The notes beneath the pieces were generated by a model. The model saw only the letters and a program-made list of their open reading frames with translations, was not told the origin of the DNA and did not search any database. From Verrucomicrobiota bacterium (GTDB lineage: Bacteria > Verrucomicrobiota > Verrucomicrobiia > Limisphaerales > J093), in contig JADJWF010000003.1 of the NCBI GenBank assembly GCA_016716505.1, forward strand, positions 400,674-464,673: a stretch of DNA of 64,000 bases, in the 5' to 3' direction. A program made the position numbers and the translations under genes. Positions 1 through 8,871 of the stretch are shown here, one piece after another; position 1 is the first letter of the stretch; each line of letters begins with the position of its first letter.

Positions 1-614
1 ATCACGCGCAGTCCCGGCGAAATCCACCCGTGATCGAACGAGTACTTCACGAAGAAAGCGACGGCGAGGAACAACGCCAGTCCCCCGACCCACGCGAACA
101 GTTTCACCCCCATGAACTGCTCCCAATTCAGTGGCGGGCGCTGCCGATCGGTTTCGACCAAACGATGCGGCCAATCCGAAGCGGCCGGTCGGCTGGTGGG
201 CGTGCCGCTTGCGGCAGCCGGGCTGGTCGTCGCCGCGTTGGCCAGTGCGGGCTGGGTTTCGATCGCCGCCGGGGATACGCGCAACCCCTCGCTCCCAACC
301 GCCGAGTCGGTCGCCGCCGTGTTGGAGCGAATCGGCTGAAGGACGGGCGGCAGGACCGTGATTGTCTCCCGGGGAGTGGCCGGGATTGCCCCACGAAATC
401 CTTCGCCCGGGGCGCCGATTGCAGATTCGGCGGACGGCACGGCTTCGGTCGGGAACAGCCTCGGCGGTTCAGCAGGCAGCGTGGAGGTGGGCGCAGCGAC
501 CCGGCCAAATCTGTCCTCCAACCACCGCACCCGCCGCTGTAGCTCCAAGACGGCGAAGAACATCCAGACGAACACAACTACGATCGCGATTAGGATCAGG
601 ATGAAGAGTTCCAT
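1..614 (-). CDS. DUF2339-like integral membrane protein, N-terminal part (gene runs off the left edge)
   Basis: Absent from the ORF track because no stop lies inside the window. Manual reverse-strand translation from the ATG at 612-614 stays open to position 1: MELFILILIAIVVVFVWMFFAVLELQRRVRWLEDRFGRV...RPPLNWEQFMGVKLFAWVGGLALFLAVAFFVKYSFDHGWISPGLRV. It has an N-terminal TM helix, a Pro/Ala-rich linker, then a WEQFMGVKLFAWVGG...KYSFD block that I recognise from memory as DUF2339-type. Confidence 0.6.
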   Translation of the reverse strand, partial: MELFILILIAIVVVFVWMFFAVLELQRRVRWLEDRFGRVAAPTSTLPAEPPRLFPTEAVPSAESAIGAPGEGFRGAIPATPRETITVLPPVLQPIRSNTAATDSAVGSEGLRVSPAAIETQPALANAATTSPAAASGTPTSRPAASDWPHRLVETDRQRPPLNWEQFMGVKLFAWVGGLALFLAVAFFVKYSFDHGWISPGLRV

Positions 615-861
615 GACGAAGGACCGTGGGTTAGTCGGCGACCCGCGCGCAGCAAGCGACCACCTTTTCCGCTGCCTTCGCTGCTCTGGCTGGTGGTTCA
701 CGGCGCTTCACGCCAACAAAGTACGGCGGATCCCCTTCGCCACCGAATTGAATTTTCTGAAGGACAAATTGCCGATCTCAATGCTCACCAGAGCCGTGCC
801 GTCCGACGGACCCCAACTTGCCGCGGCCGGCACCGCCGAGGAGAACCGGAAGCCCGCTGGG

Positions 862-3762
862 CTACAGCTCGCTGCTGAACCGATAAGTCCCCGAGGCTAC
901 CGCCAGAACGACGCGACCCGGTTCTTCCTGGACCCGTTTCACCCCGGGCGCTCCCGCCAGCGGCTGCCCGTTTTCGCGGACCAAGGCCGCCGACCTCGCC
1001 GGCACAATGACCGTGGCTGAGGTGTTGGCTGGAACGGTCACTTCGAGTTCGAACTGATTCCCCGTCCGCTTCCACGCAGTCGCGATGGGACCGCGAATGC
1101 TGTCATAGCGGGCGCGAACCCAGTGAATCGGCGGTACCTCGAGCGACGAATCGGGCGCGGGCGGACGGGGCGCGATCCGGATGCGCGCAAAGCCCGGTCC
1201 GTCGGTGTCCATCCCGGCGAGCGTGCGAAAGGCCCACTCCATGACCGCCCCAAACGCGTAGTGGCTGAAGCTGTTCATCGAGGCGTTCTGATCGCCGGCC
1301 GCGCCATTGAAACCATGCTCGGTGGTGAAACTGTCCCAGCGCTCCCACACCGTGGTCGCACCGTTGATCACCTCGTAGCCCCACGAGGGAAAGCGCCGGC
1401 TCTGGAAGAGTCGCGCGGCGAGGTCATCGTAGCCGCCTTCACTGAGGGCGGGCAGCAGGTGCTTTGTCCCGAGGAAGCCCGTGGCCATGCGGACATCGTT
1501 TTTGGCGATTCGCTCGGCCAGGGCTGCGGCGAGGCCGGACCGCGTCGTCGCCGGAGCCTCGGCCAGCCGGAGCGCGAGCACGTGTGCGGTCTGGGTGCCC
1601 ACGCTCAAGGTGCCGTCGGCGCCCAAGTAATCCTGCGCAAACTGGGCGGCCAGTCGCGCGTGCAGGTCGGCGTAAGCCGCGGCCTCGGTATCACGGCCAA
1701 TGGCCCGCGCCATCTCGGACATCAATCGCGCATCCTGTGTGAAATAGGCCGCGTCAATCAGTTCGATGGGGGTTGGCTCGTTGAGATTTAGCCAGTCGCC
1801 CCACGTGTTGCCGTCGGCCTTGCCGCGCAGGTCGGGCGCGCGTTGCTTGCGCCACTCCATGAAGCGGGTCATCGAGTTCCAGTGGCGCTCGATGACGCGC
1901 CGATCGCCGTACACCTGCCAGATTGTGTGCGGGCAGATGATGCCGGCGTCTGTCCAGGCCGTGCCCCAGGTCTGACCGGGCGCCCCGTGCCCCATCGGGT
2001 AAGGACAGTAGTCGGGATAGGCCCCGAAGTCGCGCTGCGCCTCTTCGACGTCGTCCAGCCACTTGGTGAAGAAGGCGGCTACGTCGGCGTTGAAGGTGGC
2101 AGTCCGAATGTAGATCTGCGCGTCGCCCATCCAGCCGAGGCGCTCGTCACGTTGCGGACAGTCGGTCGGGATCTCGATGAAGTTGGCGCGTTGGGTCCAC
2201 ACGGTGTTCTTCCAAAAGCGGCTCATCACCTCATCCGAGCAGGCAAACTCGCCGGTCAACGGGGTGTCGTTGTGGAGCACCAGCCCGGTCACTGTGTCGA
2301 GGGTGGGGCGGCCCGGCAACCCGGTGATCTCAACAAACTGAAAGCCATGATAGGTGAATCGCGGTGTCCACGTCTCTCCGTCTGGATCCCCGCGCAACGT
2401 GTAAAAGTCCGTGGCCCGCGCGCGCCGGAGGTTTTCCGTCATCAAGCGGCCGTCGGGGTGCAGCATCTCGCCGAACCGGAGTCGCAGCCGGGTTCCCGCC
2501 TCACCCTTGACGTGGAGACGCACATTGCCGGCGAAATTCTGCCCGAAGTCGAAGACGTACACCCCGGGAGCCGGCTCGGTCAGCCGCCGCGCCTTCAATT
2601 CTTCAGTCACGCGTATCGGCGGCGCCGCGTAGGCTTGGAGACGGGGCGGCTTGCGGAATCCCAGTTCCACCTCCCGGTCTCCGCAGTTGTCCGAGAAGAT
2701 CGCCCGGGTGCTGCCGTTGTCGGCAGCGCGAATGGCGTTCTCCCAACGCCAGGGACGGTCCGGACCTCGTGCCCCGACTCGCGTCTCCGCCGGGCGACAC
2801 CAGTGCGGATCCTCCTGCCGCGCGTCGAAGGCTTCGCCCATGATCAGGTCCGCTTCGCGAATTGGTCCGTCAGCGCTCACCTGCCAGGTGGGGTCCGTGG
2901 CCACGATGTCCCGGGAGCCGTCTTCGTACTCGAGCTCGAGTTGCACCAGGAGTGCCGGCGTCTTCCCGTAGAAGTAGCGGCCCGCGCGGTTCGGCCCGTA
3001 ACCCACCAGCAATCCGTACCCGACGTAGCCCGCGTACCAGCCCTCGGCGACGATCGCGCCGAGGCAGTTCTCCCCGCGCCGTACTTGCCCGGTGACATCG
3101 TGCGTTCGGTAATAGGCGCGCCGGTGATAGTCCGACCAGCCGGGCTCGAACCACGCGTCGCCAATTCGCTGCCCGTTCAGATGGAGTTCAACCAGTCCGA
3201 GCGCCGCGGCGTACACGGTCGCCCGCTTCACTGGACGGGCAGCCGTGAAACCTTTCCGGTAGTGGCGGGCCGGCGGCAGAAATAGCGTGTCCCGGCTCTG
3301 GTGCAGCGGTTGATCGTCCCGGTGGGAAATCCACTCCCCCTTCCAGTCGCTGGGAGATAGCAAGCCCATGCTCCAGGAGGCTGTCGGGCTCCACTCCGAG
3401 GCACGGCCAGCCCGGTCCCAGACGCGCACCGCCCAGAAGCATCTCTGCCGCGAGGTCAGCGGCTGGCCGCCGTACTCGATGTTCACCGTCTCGCCAGACT
3501 CCACGCGACCGGAGTCCCACAGGTCGCCCTCGCGGGCCGCCAGTTTATCCGGACTGCTGGCCACGAGGATCTGCCGGGCGGACTGGCGTTGGTCGCGCTC
3601 ATCCGAAGCCACGATCCACGACAAGCGCGGGCGGATTTCGTCCAAGCCCGCCGGATTGGCGAGGTATTCTGTGCGCAGCCGCTCGGGCTTCAAACCCGCC
3701 TGCCCGTAAAAGACAGCCAACCAACACGCCGAGCCAATCCAAACCAAAAACCTCATGTTCAT
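862..3762 (-). CDS. alpha-L-rhamnosidase, glycoside hydrolase family 78, secreted
   Basis: 966-aa ORF with a signal peptide (MNMRFLVWIGSACWLAVFYG). The N-terminal block LRTEYLANPAGLDEIRPRLSWIV, the overall length and the (alpha/alpha)6-type C-terminal half are typical of GH78 rhamnosidases. Confidence 0.88.
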   Translation of the reverse strand: MNMRFLVWIGSACWLAVFYGQAGLKPERLRTEYLANPAGLDEIRPRLSWIVASDERDQRQSARQILVASSPDKLAAREGDLWDSGRVESGETVNIEYGGQPLTSRQRCFWAVRVWDRAGRASEWSPTASWSMGLLSPSDWKGEWISHRDDQPLHQSRDTLFLPPARHYRKGFTAARPVKRATVYAAALGLVELHLNGQRIGDAWFEPGWSDYHRRAYYRTHDVTGQVRRGENCLGAIVAEGWYAGYVGYGLLVGYGPNRAGRYFYGKTPALLVQLELEYEDGSRDIVATDPTWQVSADGPIREADLIMGEAFDARQEDPHWCRPAETRVGARGPDRPWRWENAIRAADNGSTRAIFSDNCGDREVELGFRKPPRLQAYAAPPIRVTEELKARRLTEPAPGVYVFDFGQNFAGNVRLHVKGEAGTRLRLRFGEMLHPDGRLMTENLRRARATDFYTLRGDPDGETWTPRFTYHGFQFVEITGLPGRPTLDTVTGLVLHNDTPLTGEFACSDEVMSRFWKNTVWTQRANFIEIPTDCPQRDERLGWMGDAQIYIRTATFNADVAAFFTKWLDDVEEAQRDFGAYPDYCPYPMGHGAPGQTWGTAWTDAGIICPHTIWQVYGDRRVIERHWNSMTRFMEWRKQRAPDLRGKADGNTWGDWLNLNEPTPIELIDAAYFTQDARLMSEMARAIGRDTEAAAYADLHARLAAQFAQDYLGADGTLSVGTQTAHVLALRLAEAPATTRSGLAAALAERIAKNDVRMATGFLGTKHLLPALSEGGYDDLAARLFQSRRFPSWGYEVINGATTVWERWDSFTTEHGFNGAAGDQNASMNSFSHYAFGAVMEWAFRTLAGMDTDGPGFARIRIAPRPPAPDSSLEVPPIHWVRARYDSIRGPIATAWKRTGNQFELEVTVPANTSATVIVPARSAALVRENGQPLAGAPGVKRVQEEPGRVVLAVASGTYRFSSEL

Positions 3763-3804
3763 AGGGCCTCCCCAACCACGCGCTCAAGTCGTGTGCGGCC
3801 GCGG

Positions 3805-4413
3805 TCAGACTTCGATATCCTCCGGTTGCACTTCGAGGCATTCATCCTGGTCTTCCCAAACCACGGCGGGAAATTCATCAGTCAGGCGGGGCACCAACTC
3901 GCACGCGGCCCGCGCGAGCAACCCTTCAGCTTTTTTCGCCGCGTCTTCGAACGCGCGGTTGTAATCGCGGACGCGTTGCTGCTCGTGATCGTCCCAGTGG
4001 GCCACGGCGTGAACGGGGCGATAGTCAGCCGCCCATTCCTCCAAGGCATGCCGGAGATCAGCCGGCAAATCCCCACACGCGACAGCGGTACCCCCGCAAT
4101 GCACACAAACCAGACCGCTCTCCGCCACGTCACGGGTCAGCATCGGCAACAGCGGCGCGCGGCAGCAAGGGGCGACCGGATACGCGGCGGGGATCGTGGC
4201 CAGCCGCTTCAGCCAGATTTGGCGATCGTGCGCGACCTGCGCCCCCACCCGGTAGGCAGCCATCAGCGGATGCGAGGCGCGCCAGCCGCGCCCGAGGAAG
4301 AGACCGACGGTTTGCGCCATCCAGCGCGCCAAGGTCAGGTCGTCGAACCCGCGAAACACCTGCGCATACTCCTCCCACAAGGGATCAACGGGTCTGTCCG
4401 GGTTATGCGACAT
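3805..4413 (-). CDS. hypothetical protein with a CC-x22-CxxC cysteine cluster and an acidic C-terminus
   Basis: Start chosen at MSHNPDRPVDPLWEEY, 24 codons inside the 226-aa ORF. Coding-like composition. Cys cluster is PCCRAPLLP...GLVCVHCGG. No family recognised. Confidence 0.55.
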   Translation of the reverse strand: MSHNPDRPVDPLWEEYAQVFRGFDDLTLARWMAQTVGLFLGRGWRASHPLMAAYRVGAQVAHDRQIWLKRLATIPAAYPVAPCCRAPLLPMLTRDVAESGLVCVHCGGTAVACGDLPADLRHALEEWAADYRPVHAVAHWDDHEQQRVRDYNRAFEDAAKKAEGLLARAACELVPRLTDEFPAVVWEDQDECLEVQPEDIEV

Positions 4414-4497
4414 CGCAGTTGAGGTTAGGCGGCGGGCGCGGCGAGCAAAGCCGAAAACAGGTCGGCAACCGGGCCTGCCGGGCACGCGCTTGCGTGC

Positions 4498-5394
4498 CTA
4501 CCGTCCGCCTTGCTGCCCGGCCTGAAGTTCGCGAACCAGCCGCTCGAGCCGGCGGCCGTACTCGACGTAGCTGCTGTACTGGGCCTCCGCCGAGGACTGA
4601 ACCGAGGCGTCATGGAAAACCACCGCCAGATGCGGCTCGATGGAGATGCCGCCGTTGAAGCCCCGGCTCAGAGCGTCGCGTAGGATGTCGCGCACGCGGC
4701 CATCGCCCTCGCCCGGCCAGTGGTAATCGGCGTCGTTCTTCGCCGGATTCCACGTGGCATCCTTGACGTGGATATGCGCGGTCACGTCGCGCACCTTGGT
4801 CCAGAATTCCCAGGGATCCTGCCTGGGCCAGGGCTTCGGCCGCGACCGGTCGGCGTTGAAAATGGGATTGGCTGTGTCGAACACCCATTTCAGGCCCGGC
4901 ACGCGCTCCAGCAGTTCCAAGGCGTGCCGCCAACTCATCCCGCCGTGGTTCATGCAGTTCTCGTGAACTGGCTGCAGGCCGGCGTCGAGAAAGCGCCGCG
5001 TCACCTCGTGTACCCGTTCAAACACCTGCGGAGGGATTGCGTCGGCGTCGTCCGCCGGCTTGAAGCTCATGATGCGAATGAGCTTGGTGCCCAGGCGCTG
5101 CATTCTCGGGATGGCGCGCTCGACCTCCGCCAGCGTTACCTCGAAGGGCGTTGCCACGGTTTTCGCCCAGTTCATGATTGTGGACCCGAAACAGCAGACG
5201 CCCACGCCTGCCTCCTGGAGCTTGCCCACCACGATTTCAAAAGCCGCCTCGGGAATGTCGTGTAGATTGGCCTTCTGGAACCCCGGCACCTCCACCGCCC
5301 GCATCTCGATGCTTTTCCATCCCAATTCGCGCGTGGCCAGGATCTGTGCGTCAATTCCCGCGCCGGCTTCATCAGCAATTCCCGTGAGATACAT
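4498..5394 (-). CDS. sugar phosphate isomerase/epimerase (xylose-isomerase-like TIM barrel)
   Basis: Start at MYLTGIADEAG (ATG at 5392-5394). AP-endonuclease-2/xylose-isomerase-like barrel motifs: IRIMSF, VHENCMNHGGMS, HIHVKD, ISIEPH. Confidence 0.85.
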   Translation of the reverse strand: MYLTGIADEAGAGIDAQILATRELGWKSIEMRAVEVPGFQKANLHDIPEAAFEIVVGKLQEAGVGVCCFGSTIMNWAKTVATPFEVTLAEVERAIPRMQRLGTKLIRIMSFKPADDADAIPPQVFERVHEVTRRFLDAGLQPVHENCMNHGGMSWRHALELLERVPGLKWVFDTANPIFNADRSRPKPWPRQDPWEFWTKVRDVTAHIHVKDATWNPAKNDADYHWPGEGDGRVRDILRDALSRGFNGGISIEPHLAVVFHDASVQSSAEAQYSSYVEYGRRLERLVRELQAGQQGGR

Positions 5395-5527
5395 GGCGAT
5401 TGTGTGTTGTCGCGGCCGAGCAAACCACCGGCCCGCGGCCCGCGCAAGCCTGCCAGTTTCCACTGGCTACCGCGAAGCCCTCCCGACAACATCCGGGCGT
5501 GCCGCCGGCCGCGGCTTCGACTGAGGC

Positions 5528-5770
5528 ATGAAAGCAAAGATCATTATCACCCCGAAAAAGGCTGTGGTGGATCCCCAGGGCAAGACGGTGCAGTCCGCCC
5601 TGGCGCACCTCGGTTACCAGGGCGTCACGGCGGTTCACGTCGGCAAGTACCTCGAGATTGATCTCGCTCCCGGCACCGATCCCGCGGCCGCCCGCCAGGC
5701 ACTCGAGGAGGCATGCCACAAGTTTCTCAGCAATCCCATCATCGAGGATTACCGGCTCGAGATCGAATAG
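5528..5770 (+). CDS. purS: phosphoribosylformylglycinamidine synthase subunit PurS
   Basis: 80-aa [33 protein letters not shown]...[12 protein letters not shown], a canonical PurS. It lies directly upstream of purQ. Confidence 0.95.
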   Translation: MKAKIIITPKKAVVDPQGKTVQSALAHLGYQGVTAVHVGKYLEIDLAPGTDPAAARQALEEACHKFLSNPIIEDYRLEIE

Positions 5771-5790
5771 CCATCCTCGAACGGTCTCCC

Positions 5791-6501
5791 ATGCGCTTTG
5801 CCGTCCTGCAATTCCCCGCCTCGAACTGCGACCAGGACGCCGTCCACGCCGTGCGCGTCCTCGGTCACGAGGCGGACTACGTCTGGCACAAGGAAACCTC
5901 GTTGGGAGCGGCGGACGCGGTGATCGTCCCGGGCGGGTTCAGCTACGGGGACTACCTGCGCACGGGTGCGATTGCCCGTTTCAGTCCGGTGATGGGCGCC
6001 GTGCGGGAGTTCGCCGCCAGCGGCGGGCTGGTTTTGGGAATCTGCAACGGTTTCCAGATCTTGTGTGAAGCCGGGCTGCTCCCTGGGGCGCTGGTTCGCA
6101 ACCGCTCGCTGCAGTTCCGCTGCGAACACGTGTTCTTGAAGACCGCCACCCACGATTCCCCGTTCACCCGGCGCATCCCTCCGGGCAAGGTACTGCGGAT
6201 CCCGATCGCCCACGGAGAGGGCTGCTACTTCGCCGACGAAGCGACGCTCGCCGCACTCAGGGCGAACAACCAGATTCTCTGGCAATACTGCTCGGCCAGA
6301 GGCGAATTGACGGATGAAGCCAACCCCAACGGCTCACTCCTGAATATCGCCGGCATCTGCAACGCCGGCCGCAACGTCGCGGGACTCATGCCCCATCCCG
6401 AGCGGGCCTGCGAACCCATCCTTGGAAGCGACGACGGTCGGTTCATTTTCGAGAGCATGTTGGAGACGCTGACGGATCGCGCCCGGGCAAAAGCCGCGTA
6501 G
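5791..6501 (+). CDS. purQ: phosphoribosylformylglycinamidine synthase subunit PurQ (glutaminase)
   Basis: Start at [16 protein letters not shown] (ATG 5791). Class-I glutamine amidotransferase motifs [19 protein letters not shown] and MPHPER. Confidence 0.95.
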   Translation: MRFAVLQFPASNCDQDAVHAVRVLGHEADYVWHKETSLGAADAVIVPGGFSYGDYLRTGAIARFSPVMGAVREFAASGGLVLGICNGFQILCEAGLLPGALVRNRSLQFRCEHVFLKTATHDSPFTRRIPPGKVLRIPIAHGEGCYFADEATLAALRANNQILWQYCSARGELTDEANPNGSLLNIAGICNAGRNVAGLMPHPERACEPILGSDDGRFIFESMLETLTDRARAKAA

Positions 6502-6636
6502 CCTCCTTGGCCACCAGGGCGGTGGATCTTGGTTGAGACCGACGCTTTATCCAGCAGGGGGGTTGACCACCGGCGGATCGGCGTTAAGAGTTTTGGCACT
6601 TGGCGACCGACAAACCAGCTAACGCCACTCCGAAGT

Positions 6637-7854
6637 ATGCTTAATCAGACATCCCGACTGACCTCCCTCGTCATCGCCCTCGGCCTGTGGGTTGCCGTCC
6701 CCGACGCCGCGGCGCGCAGCTTCCGCGTCAACCAGTTACCCAATGGCAATGTTTTCGGCTGCGCCAACTGCCACGTCTCCGCCGGGGGCGGAGGAGCCCG
6801 CAATCCCTTTGGCCAGGCGGTTGGAGCCATTACTGGAAGCAGTTCGGCCGCGTTTTGGTCCGCCTCGTTGGCCGCGTTGGATTCCGACGGCGACGGCTTC
6901 TCCAACGGATTTGAGCTTGGCGACCCGGAGGGCGATGGAACCGTCATTCCGGGATGGCGCGTGACGAATCCCGGCTCCGCCGCCAGCCGGCCGCAAAATG
7001 CTGCGCCCACGGTGGCCATTACTGCACCAGCCAACAATGCGACCCTGACCGCCCCCGCCGTGGTGACGATTACGGCGGACGCCGCCGATTCCGACGGCAC
7101 GGTCGCCAGCGTCGAGTTTCTCAACAACGGCCTTCCCTTGGGGAGCGATTCGACCAGTCCCTACTCCTGGCTCGCCGACCTGCCGGTCGGAAGCCACGTG
7201 CTCACTGCCCGGGCCACGGACAACCTTGGAGCGAGCGCAACTTCGGCACCGATTAACGTGACCGTGGTGGCGCCACCCCCCATTAGCTTGAATCCGCCCA
7301 CGTTGGCGGCGGGCAACCTGGTCGTCACGTGGACCGGTGGTGGCGGGCCCTTCCTCGTCGAGACAAAGAGTGACCTCGCGCAAGCTTGGCCCGGTCAGGT
7401 CCAGGGGGTCACCGAGCGGTCCGCACAAGTTCCTGCAGGCGGCGCGGCGGGGTTTGTCCGGGTGGCGGACACGGCGGTGATCGGCCCGCTGGCCCTGACC
7501 TCCACCCTCTCCGGCGCCAACGAGCGCCCCACCCCCGTGGTCTCGCCGGGTACAGGTTCTGGCACGTTCAGTCTGGACGGCAGCACCCTGACTTTGACCA
7601 TCACCTACTCCGGGCTCTCGGGCCCGGCGACCGCCGCCCATATCCACGGACCGGCCGGCCCCGAGGAGAACGCGCCAATGATGATCAACCTCGCTCCCTT
7701 TCACTCCGGGGCATTCGGGACCAGCGGAACGATGGCCGGCAGCGTGATCCTCACTCCCGAACAGAAGGCCGCACTGCTCACCGGTCGCACGTACGTCAAC
7801 ATCCACACGGCGAATTTCCCAGCCGGCGAGATTCGCGGGCAGATTCTCCGGTGA
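6637..7854 (+). CDS. secreted CHRD-domain protein with an N-terminal single CxxCH site and Ig-like domain
   Basis: Start at [26 protein letters not shown] (signal peptide). Contains [19 protein letters not shown] and a [20 protein letters not shown] Ca-binding-like loop. An Ig-like domain follows ([15 protein letters not shown]...[12 protein letters not shown]). The C-terminal CHRD signature is [10 protein letters not shown]...[15 protein letters not shown]...[18 protein letters not shown]. Confidence 0.85.
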   Translation: MLNQTSRLTSLVIALGLWVAVPDAAARSFRVNQLPNGNVFGCANCHVSAGGGGARNPFGQAVGAITGSSSAAFWSASLAALDSDGDGFSNGFELGDPEGDGTVIPGWRVTNPGSAASRPQNAAPTVAITAPANNATLTAPAVVTITADAADSDGTVASVEFLNNGLPLGSDSTSPYSWLADLPVGSHVLTARATDNLGASATSAPINVTVVAPPPISLNPPTLAAGNLVVTWTGGGGPFLVETKSDLAQAWPGQVQGVTERSAQVPAGGAAGFVRVADTAVIGPLALTSTLSGANERPTPVVSPGTGSGTFSLDGSTLTLTITYSGLSGPATAAHIHGPAGPEENAPMMINLAPFHSGAFGTSGTMAGSVILTPEQKAALLTGRTYVNIHTANFPAGEIRGQILR

Positions 7855-8031
7855 GCGCGGTCCGACCTCGGGTCGCCGCTGCACCCCGCGCGTGTTTTTC
7901 GGCGTCGCCCGGCGGGAAAGCATCCACGTCGTTTCGCCGCGGCGTCGCATAAGAATCAGCGGGCGGCGTCATTACTCTTGCTTTCTGCCGTTCCTGCCCG
8001 CAGCGTCCGGGCCGTCGTCTGCCCGTAACCC

Positions 8032-8862
8032 GTGCGCCCCCGGTTTCCATCGCTGATCCCCGGCGGCTGGCGGTCGGCCCGTTTCCCGGCCGCCGTCGCT
8101 GGTTGTGCCGTTTTCCTGCCGCTCCTCGGTCTGCTATTCAGCGCGTGTTCGACCCTCGATGGCACGGTGGCGACGCCGCCTTACATCGAGGGAGCCGAGT
8201 TCGTCGGCAATCGGGCCTGTCTCGACTGCCACACCAATCTCGTCCAGATCTTTCCGTCGAGCCCTCACGGCCGTTTCCACCGCGACCACGACCTGCGTCT
8301 CGCCGGGCAGACTGGTTGTGAGTCCTGTCACGGTGCGGGCAGTCTGCACGTCAAGACCGGCGGTGCCGGACCCAACAAGCACATCTTCAACCCCGGCCGC
8401 GACCCCGGGCCCTGTTTCCAATGCCACCTGGAAACTCACGCGGAATTCCGTCTGCCGCAGCGACATCCGGTGCTCGAAGGAAAGATGACCTGCGTGGAAT
8501 GTCACGACCCGCACGGGCCGGACATTATGAAGCCTGCCGGCGGACTGGCGATGGCGCGACGCAACGAGTCCTGCGGCAACTGCCACCGGGAGCAAACGCG
8601 GCCGTTCGTGTACGAGCATGAGGCGATGCGCGAGGGCTGCGGGAGCTGCCATCACCCGCACGGTTCGGTGAACGCCGCCCTGCTGGTCCAACGTGACGCC
8701 AACCTCTGCCTCAAATGCCATTCGCAAATCGGGTCGGAAACCGGAGGTCTGCTGATCGGCAAGGTGGATCATTCCAGCTTCGTGCGTCTGGGCGGCTGCT
8801 GGTCGGCCGGGTGCCACTCGGCTGTTCACGGCTCGAACGTCAACCCCAAGCTCCTTTACTAA
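8032..8862 (+). CDS. multihaem c-type cytochrome lipoprotein (7 CxxCH + 1 CxxxxCH)
   Basis: 276-aa ORF with a GTG start. Lipobox LLFSAC. Haem motifs are CLDCH, CESCH, CFQCH, CVECH, CGNCH, CGSCH and CLKCH, plus CWSAGCH near the C-terminus. The dense His/Cys spacing resembles small periplasmic MtrA/DmsE/OmaB-type cytochromes. Confidence 0.9.
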   Translation: MRPRFPSLIPGGWRSARFPAAVAGCAVFLPLLGLLFSACSTLDGTVATPPYIEGAEFVGNRACLDCHTNLVQIFPSSPHGRFHRDHDLRLAGQTGCESCHGAGSLHVKTGGAGPNKHIFNPGRDPGPCFQCHLETHAEFRLPQRHPVLEGKMTCVECHDPHGPDIMKPAGGLAMARRNESCGNCHREQTRPFVYEHEAMREGCGSCHHPHGSVNAALLVQRDANLCLKCHSQIGSETGGLLIGKVDHSSFVRLGGCWSAGCHSAVHGSNVNPKLLY

Positions 8863-8871
8863 ACCGCCGCC

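Noticed and set aside
30-1020. Several overlapping 75-220-aa ORFs in the track at the left edge (30..542, 128..577, 358..1020, and others).
   Set aside because: All are Arg/Pro/Ser-rich. The only frame with protein-like sequence and TM helices is the minus-strand frame starting at 614, which is open to the window edge (the DUF2339-like gene).
5395-5527. Possible ZTP (pfl) riboswitch upstream of purS, based on the elements ACTGGC, CCGGGCG and GCCGCCGG.
   Set aside because: The conserved GGGUCGUGACUGGCG and CCGCCUGGGC cores, as I remember them, are not reproduced. I could not draw the required P1/P2 helices and pseudoknot. It would need an Infernal scan with RF01750 to be sure.
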